Source of the DNA: an uncultured delta proteobacterium
GTDB taxonomy: Bacteria > Desulfobacterota > RBG-13-43-22
DNA: 64,000 nucleotides
Direction: 5' to 3'
NCBI GenBank assembly: GCA_963843145.1
Contig: CAWJJC010000020.1
Span: forward strand, 672,001 to 736,000
Shown here: positions 18,271 to 28,324 of the stretch, in pieces
Numbering within the stretch: the stretch's first letter is position 1
Layout: each line of letters opens with the position of its first letter
Notes under the pieces: generated by a model
What the model was told of the DNA's origin: nothing
Seen by the model: only the letters and a program-made list of their open reading frames with translations
Database searches by the model: none
Program-made: the position numbers and the translations under genes

Positions 18271-19460
18271 CACTCTACCAGGCCCGCTGGATCGTCCCGG
18301 TAAGCCGCCCCCCCATTGAGCAAGGGATCATCGCGGTCCGAAACGGCGAGATAACCGCGGTAGGGAGGGGAAAGGAAATTTCCACGGCCTTTCCCGGGGA
18401 ACGGCGGGACTTGGGCCAGGGAGCGATCCTTCCCGGCTTGATCAATGCGCACACCCATGTGGAACTGTCCCAGTTTAAAGGTCTCATTCCGGAAGGTTTG
18501 GGGTTTGTTTCCTGGGTGAGGAACCTGTTGTCTCTCAAAGAAAAAACCAAGGCGGAGAATCCGGACGAGGCCGTGGGACCGGCCTGGGATGAAATCAGCC
18601 GTACCGGCACCTGTGCCGCCGGGGACTGGATCAGTCTGGGGCGCTTGATCCCGCGAGGGTCTTTATCGAAAATATTCCGTCGGTTATTCTTTGAAGTGAT
18701 CGGGTTTGACTCCTCGGCGTTGACTTTGCCGGAGGGCCTCGACGAGAGACCGGCGCCGGACCTATTCGGAAGTTTAACCCTGGGGGCCCACGCCCCCCAT
18801 AGCACCTCGGCCGCTTTGCTCCAGGCCGCCAAAACCTGGACCCGGCGAAGGGGTCTGCCGCTCGCCGTTCATGTGGCGGAATCGCCGGAGGAAACTGAGT
18901 TTCTGTTCTCCGGCAGCGGCCTCTGGAAGGATTTTTTGATCGAGCGGGGTAAATGGGTCGAGGGTTGGAGAGCCCCGGGGACCACTCCGGTAAAATACCT
19001 GGACCACCTGGGTCTGCTGGATGAAAAGACGCTGGCGGTTCACCTGACCCAGGCGGATGAAGCGGATCTTTCCCTGCTCCGAAAAAGAAACGTCCGGATA
19101 GCGGTTTGTCCCCGCAGCAACCAATTCATTGTCGGCGCCCTCCCCAAAATTCCTTTTATGCTGCGGATGGGCCTGAACCCGGCCTTGAGCACCGACAGCC
19201 TGGCGAGCAACCGGGACCTCAGTCTCTGGGGAGAAATGGAAACCGTGCAGCAGGCCTTCCCGGAGATCGAACCCGAGGAAATTATCCGGATGGCAACGAT
19301 CAACGGGGCTTCGGCCCTGGATCTTTCCGAAGAGCTGGGAGACTTGACGCCGGGGAAAAAGGCCCGCATGTTCTTTCTTCCTTTGCCTGAGGTCAATAAG
19401 GCGAATTTATTGTCCGCCATCATTCAATCCCGGGGCCACGGATTGGAATGGGTGTCGTAA
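18258..19460 (+). CDS. Amidohydrolase, probable aminofutalosine deaminase
   Basis: PGLINAHTHVELS, HAPHS, HVAESPEE, CPRSN and STDSLASN, plus the mqn operon context. Confidence 0.85.
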   Translation: MDQITLYQARWIVPVSRPPIEQGIIAVRNGEITAVGRGKEISTAFPGERRDLGQGAILPGLINAHTHVELSQFKGLIPEGLGFVSWVRNLLSLKEKTKAENPDEAVGPAWDEISRTGTCAAGDWISLGRLIPRGSLSKIFRRLFFEVIGFDSSALTLPEGLDERPAPDLFGSLTLGAHAPHSTSAALLQAAKTWTRRRGLPLAVHVAESPEETEFLFSGSGLWKDFLIERGKWVEGWRAPGTTPVKYLDHLGLLDEKTLAVHLTQADEADLSLLRKRNVRIAVCPRSNQFIVGALPKIPFMLRMGLNPALSTDSLASNRDLSLWGEMETVQQAFPEIEPEEIIRMATINGASALDLSEELGDLTPGKKARMFFLPLPEVNKANLLSAIIQSRGHGLEWVS

Positions 19461-19493
19461 CCAAACCTATCATTTTAAAAATGGGAAGTAACC

Positions 19494-20942
19494 ATGGCCT
19501 ATGCTGATTTACAGTCGTTTATATCCAGGCTGGAAAAGGAGGGGGAACTGGTTCGCATCAGGGAACCGCTGGATCCCTATTTGGAGATCTGCGAGGTAAC
19601 CGACCGGGTCTGCAAGGCGGGCGGTCCCGCACTCCTTTTTGAGGCGGTGAAGGGGAACACCGTTCCGGTGCTGACCAACGCCTTCGGTTCATTAAAACGG
19701 ATGTGCCGGGCTCTGGAAGTGGAGCGCCTGGATCAGATCGGAGAGGAAATTCACCAGTTGTTGGCCCTCAAACCTCCCCAAGGTTTCATGGACAAACTCC
19801 GGCTGCTCCCCCGGCTCAAACGGCTTCGGGACCTGCTGCCGCGCACGGTGGACCAGGGGCCCTGCCAGGAAGTCGTTTTTCAGGAAAACCCGGACCTGTC
19901 CGCCTACCCGGTCCTGACCACCTGGCCCCTGGATGGCGGTCCATTCATCACCCTTCCCCTGGTCATCACTCGGGATCCGTTGACCGGGAAACGCAACGTG
20001 GGCATGTACCGCCTCCAGGTATTTGACGCCAGGACCCTGGGGGTCCACTGGCAACTCCATAAAGTGGGGGCCCAGCATTTTCGCGCCGCCGAAGCCTCGG
20101 GGAAGGACCTGCCCGTGGCCGTGGCTCTGGGACCAGACCCGGCCCTGACCTACGCGGCCACCGCCCCGCTGCCGGAAGAGCTGGATGAATTCATGTTCGC
20201 CGGATTCCTGCGCCGGGAGCCCGTCAAACTGGTCAAATGTCGAACCATCGATCTGGAGGTGCCGGCCAACGCCCAGATCGTCATTGAAGGGATCGTCCCG
20301 GCCGGGAAGCGGCGACGAGAAGGGCCTTTCGGGGATCACACGGGCTATTATTCCCTGGCGGATGACTATCCGCTGATGGAGGTAACCTGCATCACTCAGC
20401 GAAAGAACCCTGTTTACCCGGCTACGGTAGTAGGGGTGCCGCCCATGGAAGACGCCTTCCTGGGCAAAGCCACGGAGCGGATTTTCCTGCCCCTGCTTCG
20501 TCAGACCCTGCCGGAAATCCGGGATATGCATCTGCCGGCCGCCGGCGCTTTCCATAACTTCGCCCTGGTGTCCATAAACAAGCGCTATCCCGGGCACGCC
20601 AAAAAGGTCATGATGGCCCTCTGGGGGCTGGGACAGATGATGTTTTCCAAATTCATCGTGGTCTTTGACGGGGAGGTGGACGTCCAGGACCTGAACCAGG
20701 TCCTCTGGCAATGGGGGGCCAATGTGGACCCCCGGCGGGACTCGGTACTGGTGGAAGGCCCGGTGGATGCGCTGGATCACGCCGCACCGCTGCCGGCTCT
20801 GGGCAGCAAAATCGGGTTTGATGCCACAACCAAATGGCCGGAGGAAGGATTCGGCCGGCCCTGGCCGGATAAGATCCGCATGGATCCTCAGGTGAGCAAG
20901 AGGATCAATCAAATCTGGTCCAGGCTGGGGCTGCCGCGATGA
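19494..20942 (+). CDS. ubiD: UbiD-family menaquinone biosynthesis decarboxylase (MqnL-like)
   Basis: RNVGMYRLQ, EGPFGDHTGYY, PPMED and GPVDALDHA. Confidence 0.93.
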   Translation: MAYADLQSFISRLEKEGELVRIREPLDPYLEICEVTDRVCKAGGPALLFEAVKGNTVPVLTNAFGSLKRMCRALEVERLDQIGEEIHQLLALKPPQGFMDKLRLLPRLKRLRDLLPRTVDQGPCQEVVFQENPDLSAYPVLTTWPLDGGPFITLPLVITRDPLTGKRNVGMYRLQVFDARTLGVHWQLHKVGAQHFRAAEASGKDLPVAVALGPDPALTYAATAPLPEELDEFMFAGFLRREPVKLVKCRTIDLEVPANAQIVIEGIVPAGKRRREGPFGDHTGYYSLADDYPLMEVTCITQRKNPVYPATVVGVPPMEDAFLGKATERIFLPLLRQTLPEIRDMHLPAAGAFHNFALVSINKRYPGHAKKVMMALWGLGQMMFSKFIVVFDGEVDVQDLNQVLWQWGANVDPRRDSVLVEGPVDALDHAAPLPALGSKIGFDATTKWPEEGFGRPWPDKIRMDPQVSKRINQIWSRLGLPR

Positions 20943-21799
20943 AGCAGCTCGCGACGATTTTTGAACTAGTCAAATTTGAACATACGATTTTTGCCCTGCC
21001 CTTTGCCTATCTGGGGGCCTGGCTGGCGGCTTCCGGTCCGCCCACCCTGAAGGTGGGGCTGCTGATCCTGGGGGCCATGGTCGGCGCCCGGACGGCGGCC
21101 ATGGCCTTCAACCGGATCGCCGATGCCAAAATCGACGCACTCAACCCGCGAACGGCCGGCCGGCCGATTCCCTCTGGACGCCTATCCTCGGCCGCAGCCT
21201 GGCTTGTCTGTCTAGCGGCGGCAGCGGCTTTTTTTCTGGCCAGTTGGGCCCTAAACCCCCTGGCTTTGGCCCTTTCGCCCCTGGCCCTGGGGGTGATCCT
21301 GGCCTATTCCTACACGAAACGGTTTACGGCGACCTCTCACCTGATACTGGGACTGGCCTTGGCGATAGCTCCCATCGGGGGTTGGGTGGCGGTGCGAAAT
21401 GAACTGGGGCTGCTCCCCTTGGTCTTGGGGGCCGGGGTCTTGTTTTGGGTGGCCGGCTTCGATGTCCTCTATGCCTGCCAGGACGAATCCTTTGATCGCC
21501 GGCACGGGCTGTATTCCCTTCCGGCCCGCAGGGGAGCCGCGGCGGCCTTTCGGGTGGCCGGTTTTTTTCATTTTCTGGCTTTTCTGTTTTTTGCCCTCAC
21601 GGGCCGACTGGCCAACCTGGGGGGATTCTTTTTTATCGGTTTAACCCTGGTCTTTATCTTTCTCTTTCTGGAACACCTGATTATTTCCCCCCGAGATCTT
21701 TCCAAGCTGCAGACTGCTTTTTTCACCTTGAACGGGGCGGTCAGTCTGGTTCTTTTTTTGGCCACCTGGCTGGAATTTTGGAAAGGACGTTCGTACTAA
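20939..21799 (+). CDS. ubiA: UbiA-like polyprenyltransferase (MqnP-like)
   Basis: KFEHTIFALPFA, FNRIADAKIDALNPRT, YSYTKRFT and GFDVLYACQD. Confidence 0.93.
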   Translation: MKQLATIFELVKFEHTIFALPFAYLGAWLAASGPPTLKVGLLILGAMVGARTAAMAFNRIADAKIDALNPRTAGRPIPSGRLSSAAAWLVCLAAAAAFFLASWALNPLALALSPLALGVILAYSYTKRFTATSHLILGLALAIAPIGGWVAVRNELGLLPLVLGAGVLFWVAGFDVLYACQDESFDRRHGLYSLPARRGAAAAFRVAGFFHFLAFLFFALTGRLANLGGFFFIGLTLVFIFLFLEHLIISPRDLSKLQTAFFTLNGAVSLVLFLATWLEFWKGRSY

Positions 21800-21856
21800 A
21801 ACCTCTTGCCCCAGGGGGTACCTGCGGAGCATGAAAAAAATAAAGGAGGAGGTCCG

Positions 21857-22864
21857 ATGAATAAAAAAATTTTCCTCTTGTTAGGGGCCGCTTTCTGGCT
21901 GGTGAGTTTCTGTCCCCAGCCGGCCTCGGCCCTGACCACGGTCAAAGTGGGGATGCTCAAAGTTTCCAGCAGCGCTCCTCTTTTTGTGGGACTGGAAAAA
22001 GGATATTTTCAGGAGGAGGGGATCAAGATCGAGCCGATCTGGTTCAAGTCGGCCCAGCCCATTGCCATGGCTCTGGCCAGCGGGGATATTGATGTCGGGG
22101 CCACCGGTCTGACCGCCGGGCTATACAACGCCGCCGCCCAAGGAACCAAGCTGGCGGTCGTGGCGGATAAGGGTCGGGAATGGCCCGGCTATAAATTGAC
22201 CGCCCTGGTGGTGGATTCGAACCAAGCCAAGGCCGGAATCAAAGATCTCGCTCAACTCAAGGGTAAGCGGATCGGCATCACCCAGATAGGCTCCACCTTT
22301 CACTATATGCTGGGCAACCTGCTGGAGAAAAGGGGCCTGTCTCTCAAGGACGTCAAAGTCGTTCCCCTGAACAGCCTCAATACGATGCGGGACGCCGTTT
22401 TCAGCCACCAGATCGAGGCCGCCTTCATGGTCCAGCCCCATGTCACCCCGGCGGAAAAAGCGGACTTGGCCGAAGTGCTGCTCTGGGTGGGTGATCACCT
22501 GCCTTACCAGTTGGGAGGGATCTTTTATGGAGAAAAACTGATCAAGAACCACTCCCTGGCCGTCTCTTTTCTTAAGGGCTATATTCGCAGTTGCCGGTAT
22601 TATCATGAAAACGGATTGAGCAAGAAAGCGGGGGTGCCGACTCCGGAACTCCTGACCCTGATCGCTCGGTATACGGAAGAGAAACCCGAGGACGTGGCCG
22701 CCGGGCTCCCCTATATTGATCCCAACGGAGAGCTGCTCAGTGGTGACATTCAAAAACAGATTGACTGGTACGCGGCCCATGGCCTGGTGATCCGAAGGAT
22801 GCCTTCCTCCGAAATCATGGACCTTTCGCTTTACCGTGAGGCTCTGAAACAGCTTAAAAAATAA
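21857..22864 (+). CDS. ABC transporter substrate-binding protein (SsuA/NMT1-like)
   Basis: GGAGG RBS, signal peptide, APLFVGLEKGYFQEEGI and LKGKRIGITQIGST. Confidence 0.9.
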   Translation: MNKKIFLLLGAAFWLVSFCPQPASALTTVKVGMLKVSSSAPLFVGLEKGYFQEEGIKIEPIWFKSAQPIAMALASGDIDVGATGLTAGLYNAAAQGTKLAVVADKGREWPGYKLTALVVDSNQAKAGIKDLAQLKGKRIGITQIGSTFHYMLGNLLEKRGLSLKDVKVVPLNSLNTMRDAVFSHQIEAAFMVQPHVTPAEKADLAEVLLWVGDHLPYQLGGIFYGEKLIKNHSLAVSFLKGYIRSCRYYHENGLSKKAGVPTPELLTLIARYTEEKPEDVAAGLPYIDPNGELLSGDIQKQIDWYAAHGLVIRRMPSSEIMDLSLYREALKQLKK

Positions 22865-23640
22865 TGCCGGTCTTGATCGAACAGCTTACCAAAACCTATC
22901 TGGACCGGAAGGGGCGGACCTTGACGGCGCTGGAAGGAGTGGATTTGACTGTCCGCGAGAGCGAATTCCTGACCCTCCTGGGGCCCAGCGGCAGCGGAAA
23001 AACAACACTGCTCAATATCATCGCCGGGTTGCTATCCCCCACTTCCGGCCGGGTGGTCTTCGAGGGAGCGAGTCTCAATGGTCGGCCGCTGACGGCGGTT
23101 GTTTTTCAGGAAGGCGCCCTTTTCCCCTGGCGGACCGTGGCAAAAAACATTCAGTTCGGACTGGAGGAAAAGGGCCTGGGAAAAACACAGCGCCGATCCC
23201 TGGCCGCTGAATTTATCCAATTGACGGGCCTGGCCGGCTTTGAGGATCGGTATCCCCACCAGCTCTCCGGAGGGTTAAAACAGCGGGTGGCCTTGGCTCG
23301 GGCCCTGGCCGTGAATCCCTATCTCCTGTTGATGGATGAACCGTTATCGGCCCTGGATGCCCAGACCCGGCTGCTGATGCAGCGGGAAATTTCGCAAATT
23401 TGGGAAAAGGCCAGAAACAGTGTCTTATACGTCACCCACAATATTCGGGAGGCCGTTTTCCTCAGCGATCGGGTGGCCGTCCTCTCGCGGAGACCGGGAC
23501 GGATCATAGACCTGGTCTCCATCGACCTGCCCCGTCCCCGCAGCGAGGATCTAACCCGTGAGCAGCCCTTCCAGCGATACGTGGATCGCTTATGGGCCCG
23601 GATCAAGGACCAAGCCCGCGAGGCCGTTGAGGAGGGATGA
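22864..23640 (+). CDS. ABC transporter ATP-binding protein (SsuB/TauB-like)
   Basis: [29 protein letters not shown] and LLMDEP. Confidence 0.94.
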   Translation: MPVLIEQLTKTYLDRKGRTLTALEGVDLTVRESEFLTLLGPSGSGKTTLLNIIAGLLSPTSGRVVFEGASLNGRPLTAVVFQEGALFPWRTVAKNIQFGLEEKGLGKTQRRSLAAEFIQLTGLAGFEDRYPHQLSGGLKQRVALARALAVNPYLLLMDEPLSALDAQTRLLMQREISQIWEKARNSVLYVTHNIREAVFLSDRVAVLSRRPGRIIDLVSIDLPRPRSEDLTREQPFQRYVDRLWARIKDQAREAVEEG

Positions 23641-24500
23641 TGGCAGAGAAAAAGACCGCCTCTTTCTTAATCAGCCATCGGACGCCCCAGCCGTCCTATG
23701 CGGCGGCCCGAACCGGGACGGTTCGGGACAAGACCGCTTTTATCGATGACCGGCCCCAGCCTTATTTGAGCTGGATCGCTTTTGCGGTCTTGCTGGGCCT
23801 CTGGGAAGCGGCCGGCCGTCTCTCCCTGGTCTCCCCCCTCTTTTTGCCGGCTCCCAGCGATATTCTCCTGGAAGCCTGGGGACTGCTGATCTCCGGCCAG
23901 CTTTTCCGGCACCTGGGGATCAGCCTGTTCCGAATTGGAAGTGGTTTTATGCTAGCCGCCGGACTGGGCGTTCTGTCCGGGATCCTGCTGGGTTCTTCGC
24001 GCCTGGCAGAGGCGCTGGGGAATCCGATTCTGGCCGCCCTCTTTCCCATCCCTAAAATCGCCATCCTCCCCTTGCTGATTCTCTGGTTGGGAATCGGGGA
24101 AGCCCCGAAGATTGCGGTAATCGGTCTGGGGGTCTTTTTCCCCCTGGCCATCAACGTCTATACGGGCGTTAAGAACGTGGATCCCCTGTTGATCCGGGTG
24201 GCCCTGAGCCTCGGTTCCAGTCGTCTGGGCCTGATCAGAAAGGTTGTCTGGCCCGCCATTCTGCCCATGATCTTTGCCGGTCTGAAGCTGGGCCTGGGGA
24301 TCTCGCTCCTTTTGGTGGTGGCCGCCGAGATGATCGCCGCCGACGCCGGGATCGGGTATCTCATCCTCACCGCCGCCGACTTGATGCAGACCAAGAAACT
24401 GATGGTGGGGATCGGGATGCTGTCCGGGCTCGGAATTTTGTTTAACTGGCTGCTGGGGAAAATGGAACGGTGGCTGATTCCCTGGAAAGAGGGTCTCTAA
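23637..24500 (+). CDS. ABC transporter permease (SsuC/TauC-like)
   Basis: LPAPS, PIPKIAILPLLILWLGIGE and VVAAEMIAADAGIGY. Confidence 0.93.
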   Translation: MMAEKKTASFLISHRTPQPSYAAARTGTVRDKTAFIDDRPQPYLSWIAFAVLLGLWEAAGRLSLVSPLFLPAPSDILLEAWGLLISGQLFRHLGISLFRIGSGFMLAAGLGVLSGILLGSSRLAEALGNPILAALFPIPKIAILPLLILWLGIGEAPKIAVIGLGVFFPLAINVYTGVKNVDPLLIRVALSLGSSRLGLIRKVVWPAILPMIFAGLKLGLGISLLLVVAAEMIAADAGIGYLILTAADLMQTKKLMVGIGMLSGLGILFNWLLGKMERWLIPWKEGL

Positions 24501-24508
24501 AGAGGAAA

Positions 24509-26329
24509 TTACAAGTCGGCCACGGCGATTTCCCAGCGCGTTACCGCCTGGCCGGATTCGTCCGTAACCGTGGCCTGTCTTTCACTAAACTGGACCCGTT
24601 TTAAATCCGACGGGACGATCAGAGAAACCTGTTTTCCCTTAATCGTGGTTCCGACATGAATAATCTGTCGGACCTTGACGAAAGATTCCAGGTTAGCCTG
24701 GTTGGCCTCTTGTTTAATTCTTTCAATCTGCGCCTTACGCCCCTGGATGGCCTGTTCCTGTTCCTCAATAGCCCGTTGCTGGGCCAGGATGGTTTCGGTA
24801 ACCTGATCCTGTTGTTCCAGCAACTGATTTAACGATCCCTCCACGGACTTGATTTTTCGTTCCAGATTTCTATATTCCCACTCCGCCTGGGACAGGCGGG
24901 CCAATTCGTTTTTTTGCCTCAATTCTTCAAGCTGAACCTGGAGGGGTTTCTGCTCCAGGATCCCGCGATCTTGGACCTGGGCCAGGTGGGCTATCTGGCC
25001 GTCATAGTTTTTGGATTCCCGTTTCAACTTTTCAATTTTTTTTCTTCCGGCCTCTTGTTCCTTTTTTAAGTTTTCAATTTCCAGGCCGATTTGTTTGCTC
25101 AATTCCTTAGCCTGAGAATCGACCCCAATAATCAAGGTACAGGGCCGGGAAGCTTCGGAACCGACAATCGCCAGGTCCATTCCTTTGCGGGCCGAAATGG
25201 TGGAGGAGATGATTTTCCCCGACGGGGAACTCATCGATAAAAGGCCGTTGATCTCGATATCCCCATGCAACACCTCATCCCGGACACTGATATCCCCCAA
25301 GGCCCAAATGGTGGAGGCTTCTATATAGCGGGCTTTAATATTCCCGCTGGCCTTGACCCGGGAACCAATGATGCCGCCCTGAATATCGATATCTCCCTCA
25401 ATGTCCACTTCGGCCTTGTTGATTTCCAAAGCCGTTAAACGACCGCCCTTAACCCGAAATCCTTCCTGGATGATCCCGCGGACATTGATGTGGCCATTAA
25501 ACTGGATGTGGCCGGTCTCCAATCCCACGTCCCCCTCGATTCTCAGTTCCGGGTAAACTGAGATCCGGCCATCTTTGGCCAGGGCCGGCCGCCCGCCGGT
25601 CTTGGCGGAGAGCTTCAGTCCATCCTCTGAAACCTTGGTGTTTTCCCCCGTCAGCAAATGGGCATCCTGCGCCTTGTCTACCGGGATCATTTGACCAAAG
25701 ACATCTTTCCCGGGGACCTCTTCGACCAAGGGAACTTTTTCGGCCAAAAGGTCTCCTTCCTTGACTTGCTGGATTTCTCCTTTATCCCTGAAGTCGATTA
25801 TTCCGCTATCGCGAACGGTCCCGACTTTATGGGCTTCCGTGTCAAACTGATAGATAATATTCGCATCTTCTCCCGACTGGGGAGGAGTTCCTTCGGCAAT
25901 CAACCAGCCCTCTTCCTTCGGTTCCAGGGAGGTTAAAAAGTTGGAGAGGTCGTTATCTCCTATCAATCCGAAAACGATTCCTTTTGAGGAAACATACTCT
26001 TTCAATGTCTCCAGGGTGATGGAATCCGGCGCCGACTCCGGAGGGAATAATCGGGCGCTTAATCGGTCATCTGGGATCACTATTTTAAACCCCAATGATT
26101 CAAGTTCCGGGATGTTCGTTTCCTGGGGCTCGGCCTCTTTCGAAGGGTCAGCGGTTGTTGATTTTTCTGTCTCCACGGACGGGGGTCCGGTAGGCGCCCC
26201 ATCCTCAAAAACAATTTTGAATTTTTGGCCGCATTTTAAGCAGGGAGCAATCTTATGCAGGGCGGTTTCCGGGACGCGGTATCTGGTCCCGCAGGCGGGG
26301 CAAAGGGCGGGTCGTTTCTGAATCTCCAT
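24509..26329 (-). CDS. fapA: FapA/DUF342 flagellar assembly protein with N-terminal zinc ribbon
   Basis: CPACG-x-CLKCG; IAEGTPPQSGEDA, IDFRD, PGKDVFG and GDVGLETGHIQFNG; long coiled coil. Confidence 0.85.
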   Translation of the reverse strand: MEIQKRPALCPACGTRYRVPETALHKIAPCLKCGQKFKIVFEDGAPTGPPSVETEKSTTADPSKEAEPQETNIPELESLGFKIVIPDDRLSARLFPPESAPDSITLETLKEYVSSKGIVFGLIGDNDLSNFLTSLEPKEEGWLIAEGTPPQSGEDANIIYQFDTEAHKVGTVRDSGIIDFRDKGEIQQVKEGDLLAEKVPLVEEVPGKDVFGQMIPVDKAQDAHLLTGENTKVSEDGLKLSAKTGGRPALAKDGRISVYPELRIEGDVGLETGHIQFNGHINVRGIIQEGFRVKGGRLTALEINKAEVDIEGDIDIQGGIIGSRVKASGNIKARYIEASTIWALGDISVRDEVLHGDIEINGLLSMSSPSGKIISSTISARKGMDLAIVGSEASRPCTLIIGVDSQAKELSKQIGLEIENLKKEQEAGRKKIEKLKRESKNYDGQIAHLAQVQDRGILEQKPLQVQLEELRQKNELARLSQAEWEYRNLERKIKSVEGSLNQLLEQQDQVTETILAQQRAIEEQEQAIQGRKAQIERIKQEANQANLESFVKVRQIIHVGTTIKGKQVSLIVPSDLKRVQFSERQATVTDESGQAVTRWEIAVADL

Positions 26330-26606
26330 AGGGCTCCCAAGAAAGTGTACGGATATTGCGGAACCAATTGAATATTAGTATAGCCGAACTCGGTTGCCAA
26401 GGAAAAACGTAACCCGGATCAATGAGGAAACGGCAATTTTTTCCCTCAGGCGGTGCCGGAAAGGAATTCCAGCAATCCGCAATTTCAAAATTATGGTCGA
26501 GGAACAATCCCCTTTTTGTTTGCAGGGAAGTAGGTTTATTTAATAAAATCGAATTTCTATCCGGTTCTCGAAAAAAATGAAGGCCATTTCATTATTGGGC
26601 GGCACA

Positions 26607-26622
26607 CGGCATCTAAATTGCA
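26607..26622 (+). promoter_or_regulatory. Sigma54 (-24/-12) promoter
   Basis: CGGCATCTAAATTGCA, GG-N10-GC. Confidence 0.65.
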
Positions 26623-26656
26623 TAAAAAAGTTAAAAAAACTAAGGAGCTATTGCCT

Positions 26657-27139
26657 ATGGATATCCAAAAAATCGGAATTTCTCCTTCCCTGCCCTCGAT
26701 GGGGCAGAACCAGGAGACCAAAAAGACATCGGATTTTCAACGGATCCTCCAGGAGGCCCATCAATCCGTCAGCGCTTCAAAACCAGATCCGAGTCTCCTG
26801 CTCACCCCCCCCACTCAACCCCTGGCCCCAGGATTTGAAATCGGCCCGCTGAAGGGAGTTATAGAAGTTCAATCCGCAGACCAACTGCGAGCCCAAGGAG
26901 TTTCGGCGGCCGAAAAGACCCTGGATTTACTGGGGCAATACCAGCAGGCCCTGTCAGATCCGGCTCAATCGCTCAAGCAAATCAGCCCCCTGGTTGAATC
27001 CCTGTCACAAAGGGTAGACCAATTGCAAGGGTTGACCCAGCAATTCGCCGCGGGGGATCCTTTGCATAAAATTATCCAGGATGTCGGGGTGGTCTCGGCC
27101 GCGGAGATCGCCAAATTTAATCGCGGAGATTATGTCTAA
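26657..27139 (+). CDS. Flagellar-cluster-associated hypothetical protein
   Basis: AAGGAG RBS; low-complexity N-terminus with FQRILQE; helical C-terminus ending KFNRGDYV. Confidence 0.75.
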   Translation: MDIQKIGISPSLPSMGQNQETKKTSDFQRILQEAHQSVSASKPDPSLLLTPPTQPLAPGFEIGPLKGVIEVQSADQLRAQGVSAAEKTLDLLGQYQQALSDPAQSLKQISPLVESLSQRVDQLQGLTQQFAAGDPLHKIIQDVGVVSAAEIAKFNRGDYV

Positions 27140-27151
27140 AAGAGAACGTAC

Positions 27152-27760
27152 ATGACCATTTCCATAGGCTCGACCTTGCCGACCGTGGAAGAACTCCCGG
27201 CAGTAGCCACCAGGGGGATTCCCCTGAGCGCTCCTCGAAATTCCACTTTTCCTCAACTATTGGAGACCAAACTGTCCCAGCCCGGCCCGTCAGGGGAAGG
27301 GCCGAGGCAGACGAGTATCGAATATATAGTCCAACCCGGCGACACTTTATGGAAACTGGGTGTCAAAAAATTTCAGACAGACCCCTACCAAATCGCGCGG
27401 GATAACGGAATCAAGAATCCGGACCGAATTTATCCCGGGCAAAAACTGACGATCCGGAAAGAGGTAAATCCAGGTTCTCAGGAGGTGACCGCCAGTTGGT
27501 ATGGGGCGGACTACCAAAATAAACCCACCGCCAGCGGGGAACGATTCGATATGTATAAGAATACGCTGGCCCATAAGACCTTACCCCTGGGAACCGAGGT
27601 TAGATTGACCAATCCCAAAAATGGTCTGCAGGTCGTGGCCAAAATCAATGACCGAGGCCCTTTCATTTCCGGAAGGGATGTGGATCTTTCTTACGGGCTG
27701 GCTCGGAAACTGGATATGGTTACCCAAGGCGTGGGAAAATTGAAGATGGAAATCTTATGA
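27152..27760 (+). CDS. LysM + RlpA-family lytic transglycosylase
   Basis: YIVQPGDTLW...NPDRIYPGQKL (LysM); ASWYG, TASGE, AHKTLPLGT and INDRGPFISGRDVDLS (RlpA DPBB). Confidence 0.92.
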   Translation: MTISIGSTLPTVEELPAVATRGIPLSAPRNSTFPQLLETKLSQPGPSGEGPRQTSIEYIVQPGDTLWKLGVKKFQTDPYQIARDNGIKNPDRIYPGQKLTIRKEVNPGSQEVTASWYGADYQNKPTASGERFDMYKNTLAHKTLPLGTEVRLTNPKNGLQVVAKINDRGPFISGRDVDLSYGLARKLDMVTQGVGKLKMEIL

Positions 27761-28092
27761 TCTTCTGCCCCAGATTTTTCATCGTTTTTTTAACTTCGTT
27801 CGTCCTGCTGGCCATGGCCTTCGAAGTCTTTTCCGGTGGAATCGACCAACCCCCTTTCCCCCGGGATACACGCACTGTTGAGCAACCGGCACCGGTCAGG
27901 CCAGCCGAGCTGAATATGAACAGGCCCTCTGCGGTAGGGGTTCAAGAGGTCTCCCGTCCTGACGGGGGAAGCGATGTCATCTATTATTCCATTACTCCGC
28001 CGGAAGAGAAGCAGGCCAGGCGGCAGGCAGAAATCCAAAAACAGGAAAAATCGCTGGAGCTATTGGATCGAGCGGTTATCATCAAACGGTAA
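27757..28092 (+). CDS. Hypothetical exported protein
   Basis: ATGA overlap with the previous gene; N-terminal hydrophobic segment. Confidence 0.55.
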   Translation: MIFCPRFFIVFLTSFVLLAMAFEVFSGGIDQPPFPRDTRTVEQPAPVRPAELNMNRPSAVGVQEVSRPDGGSDVIYYSITPPEEKQARRQAEIQKQEKSLELLDRAVIIKR

Positions 28093-28324
28093 CAGGGTTT
28101 TTTAATCTTGTAGTCCAATAGGCTGCTGTTCAAAGGGGATCCGTAACGTTTCTTTAGAGAAGCTCACGTTTTACAGTCTGTCTGTTTTTCCTGGTTGGCT
28201 CCCGTCCCTTCCGTCCATTGCTCCCCCTTTCTCCCTAACAAAATAAATTCATTGACTAAAAGGCCGGGTTAGGCAAAAATACGGCACTGAGTAGTGAGTC
28301 TAATCCTATTGCCAAGAGGTCCCA

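Noticed and set aside
13136-20912. Long antisense ORFs (13136-14221, 15324-16298, 19692-20912)
   Set aside because: They are shadows of well-supported genes on the opposite strand, as expected from codon bias.
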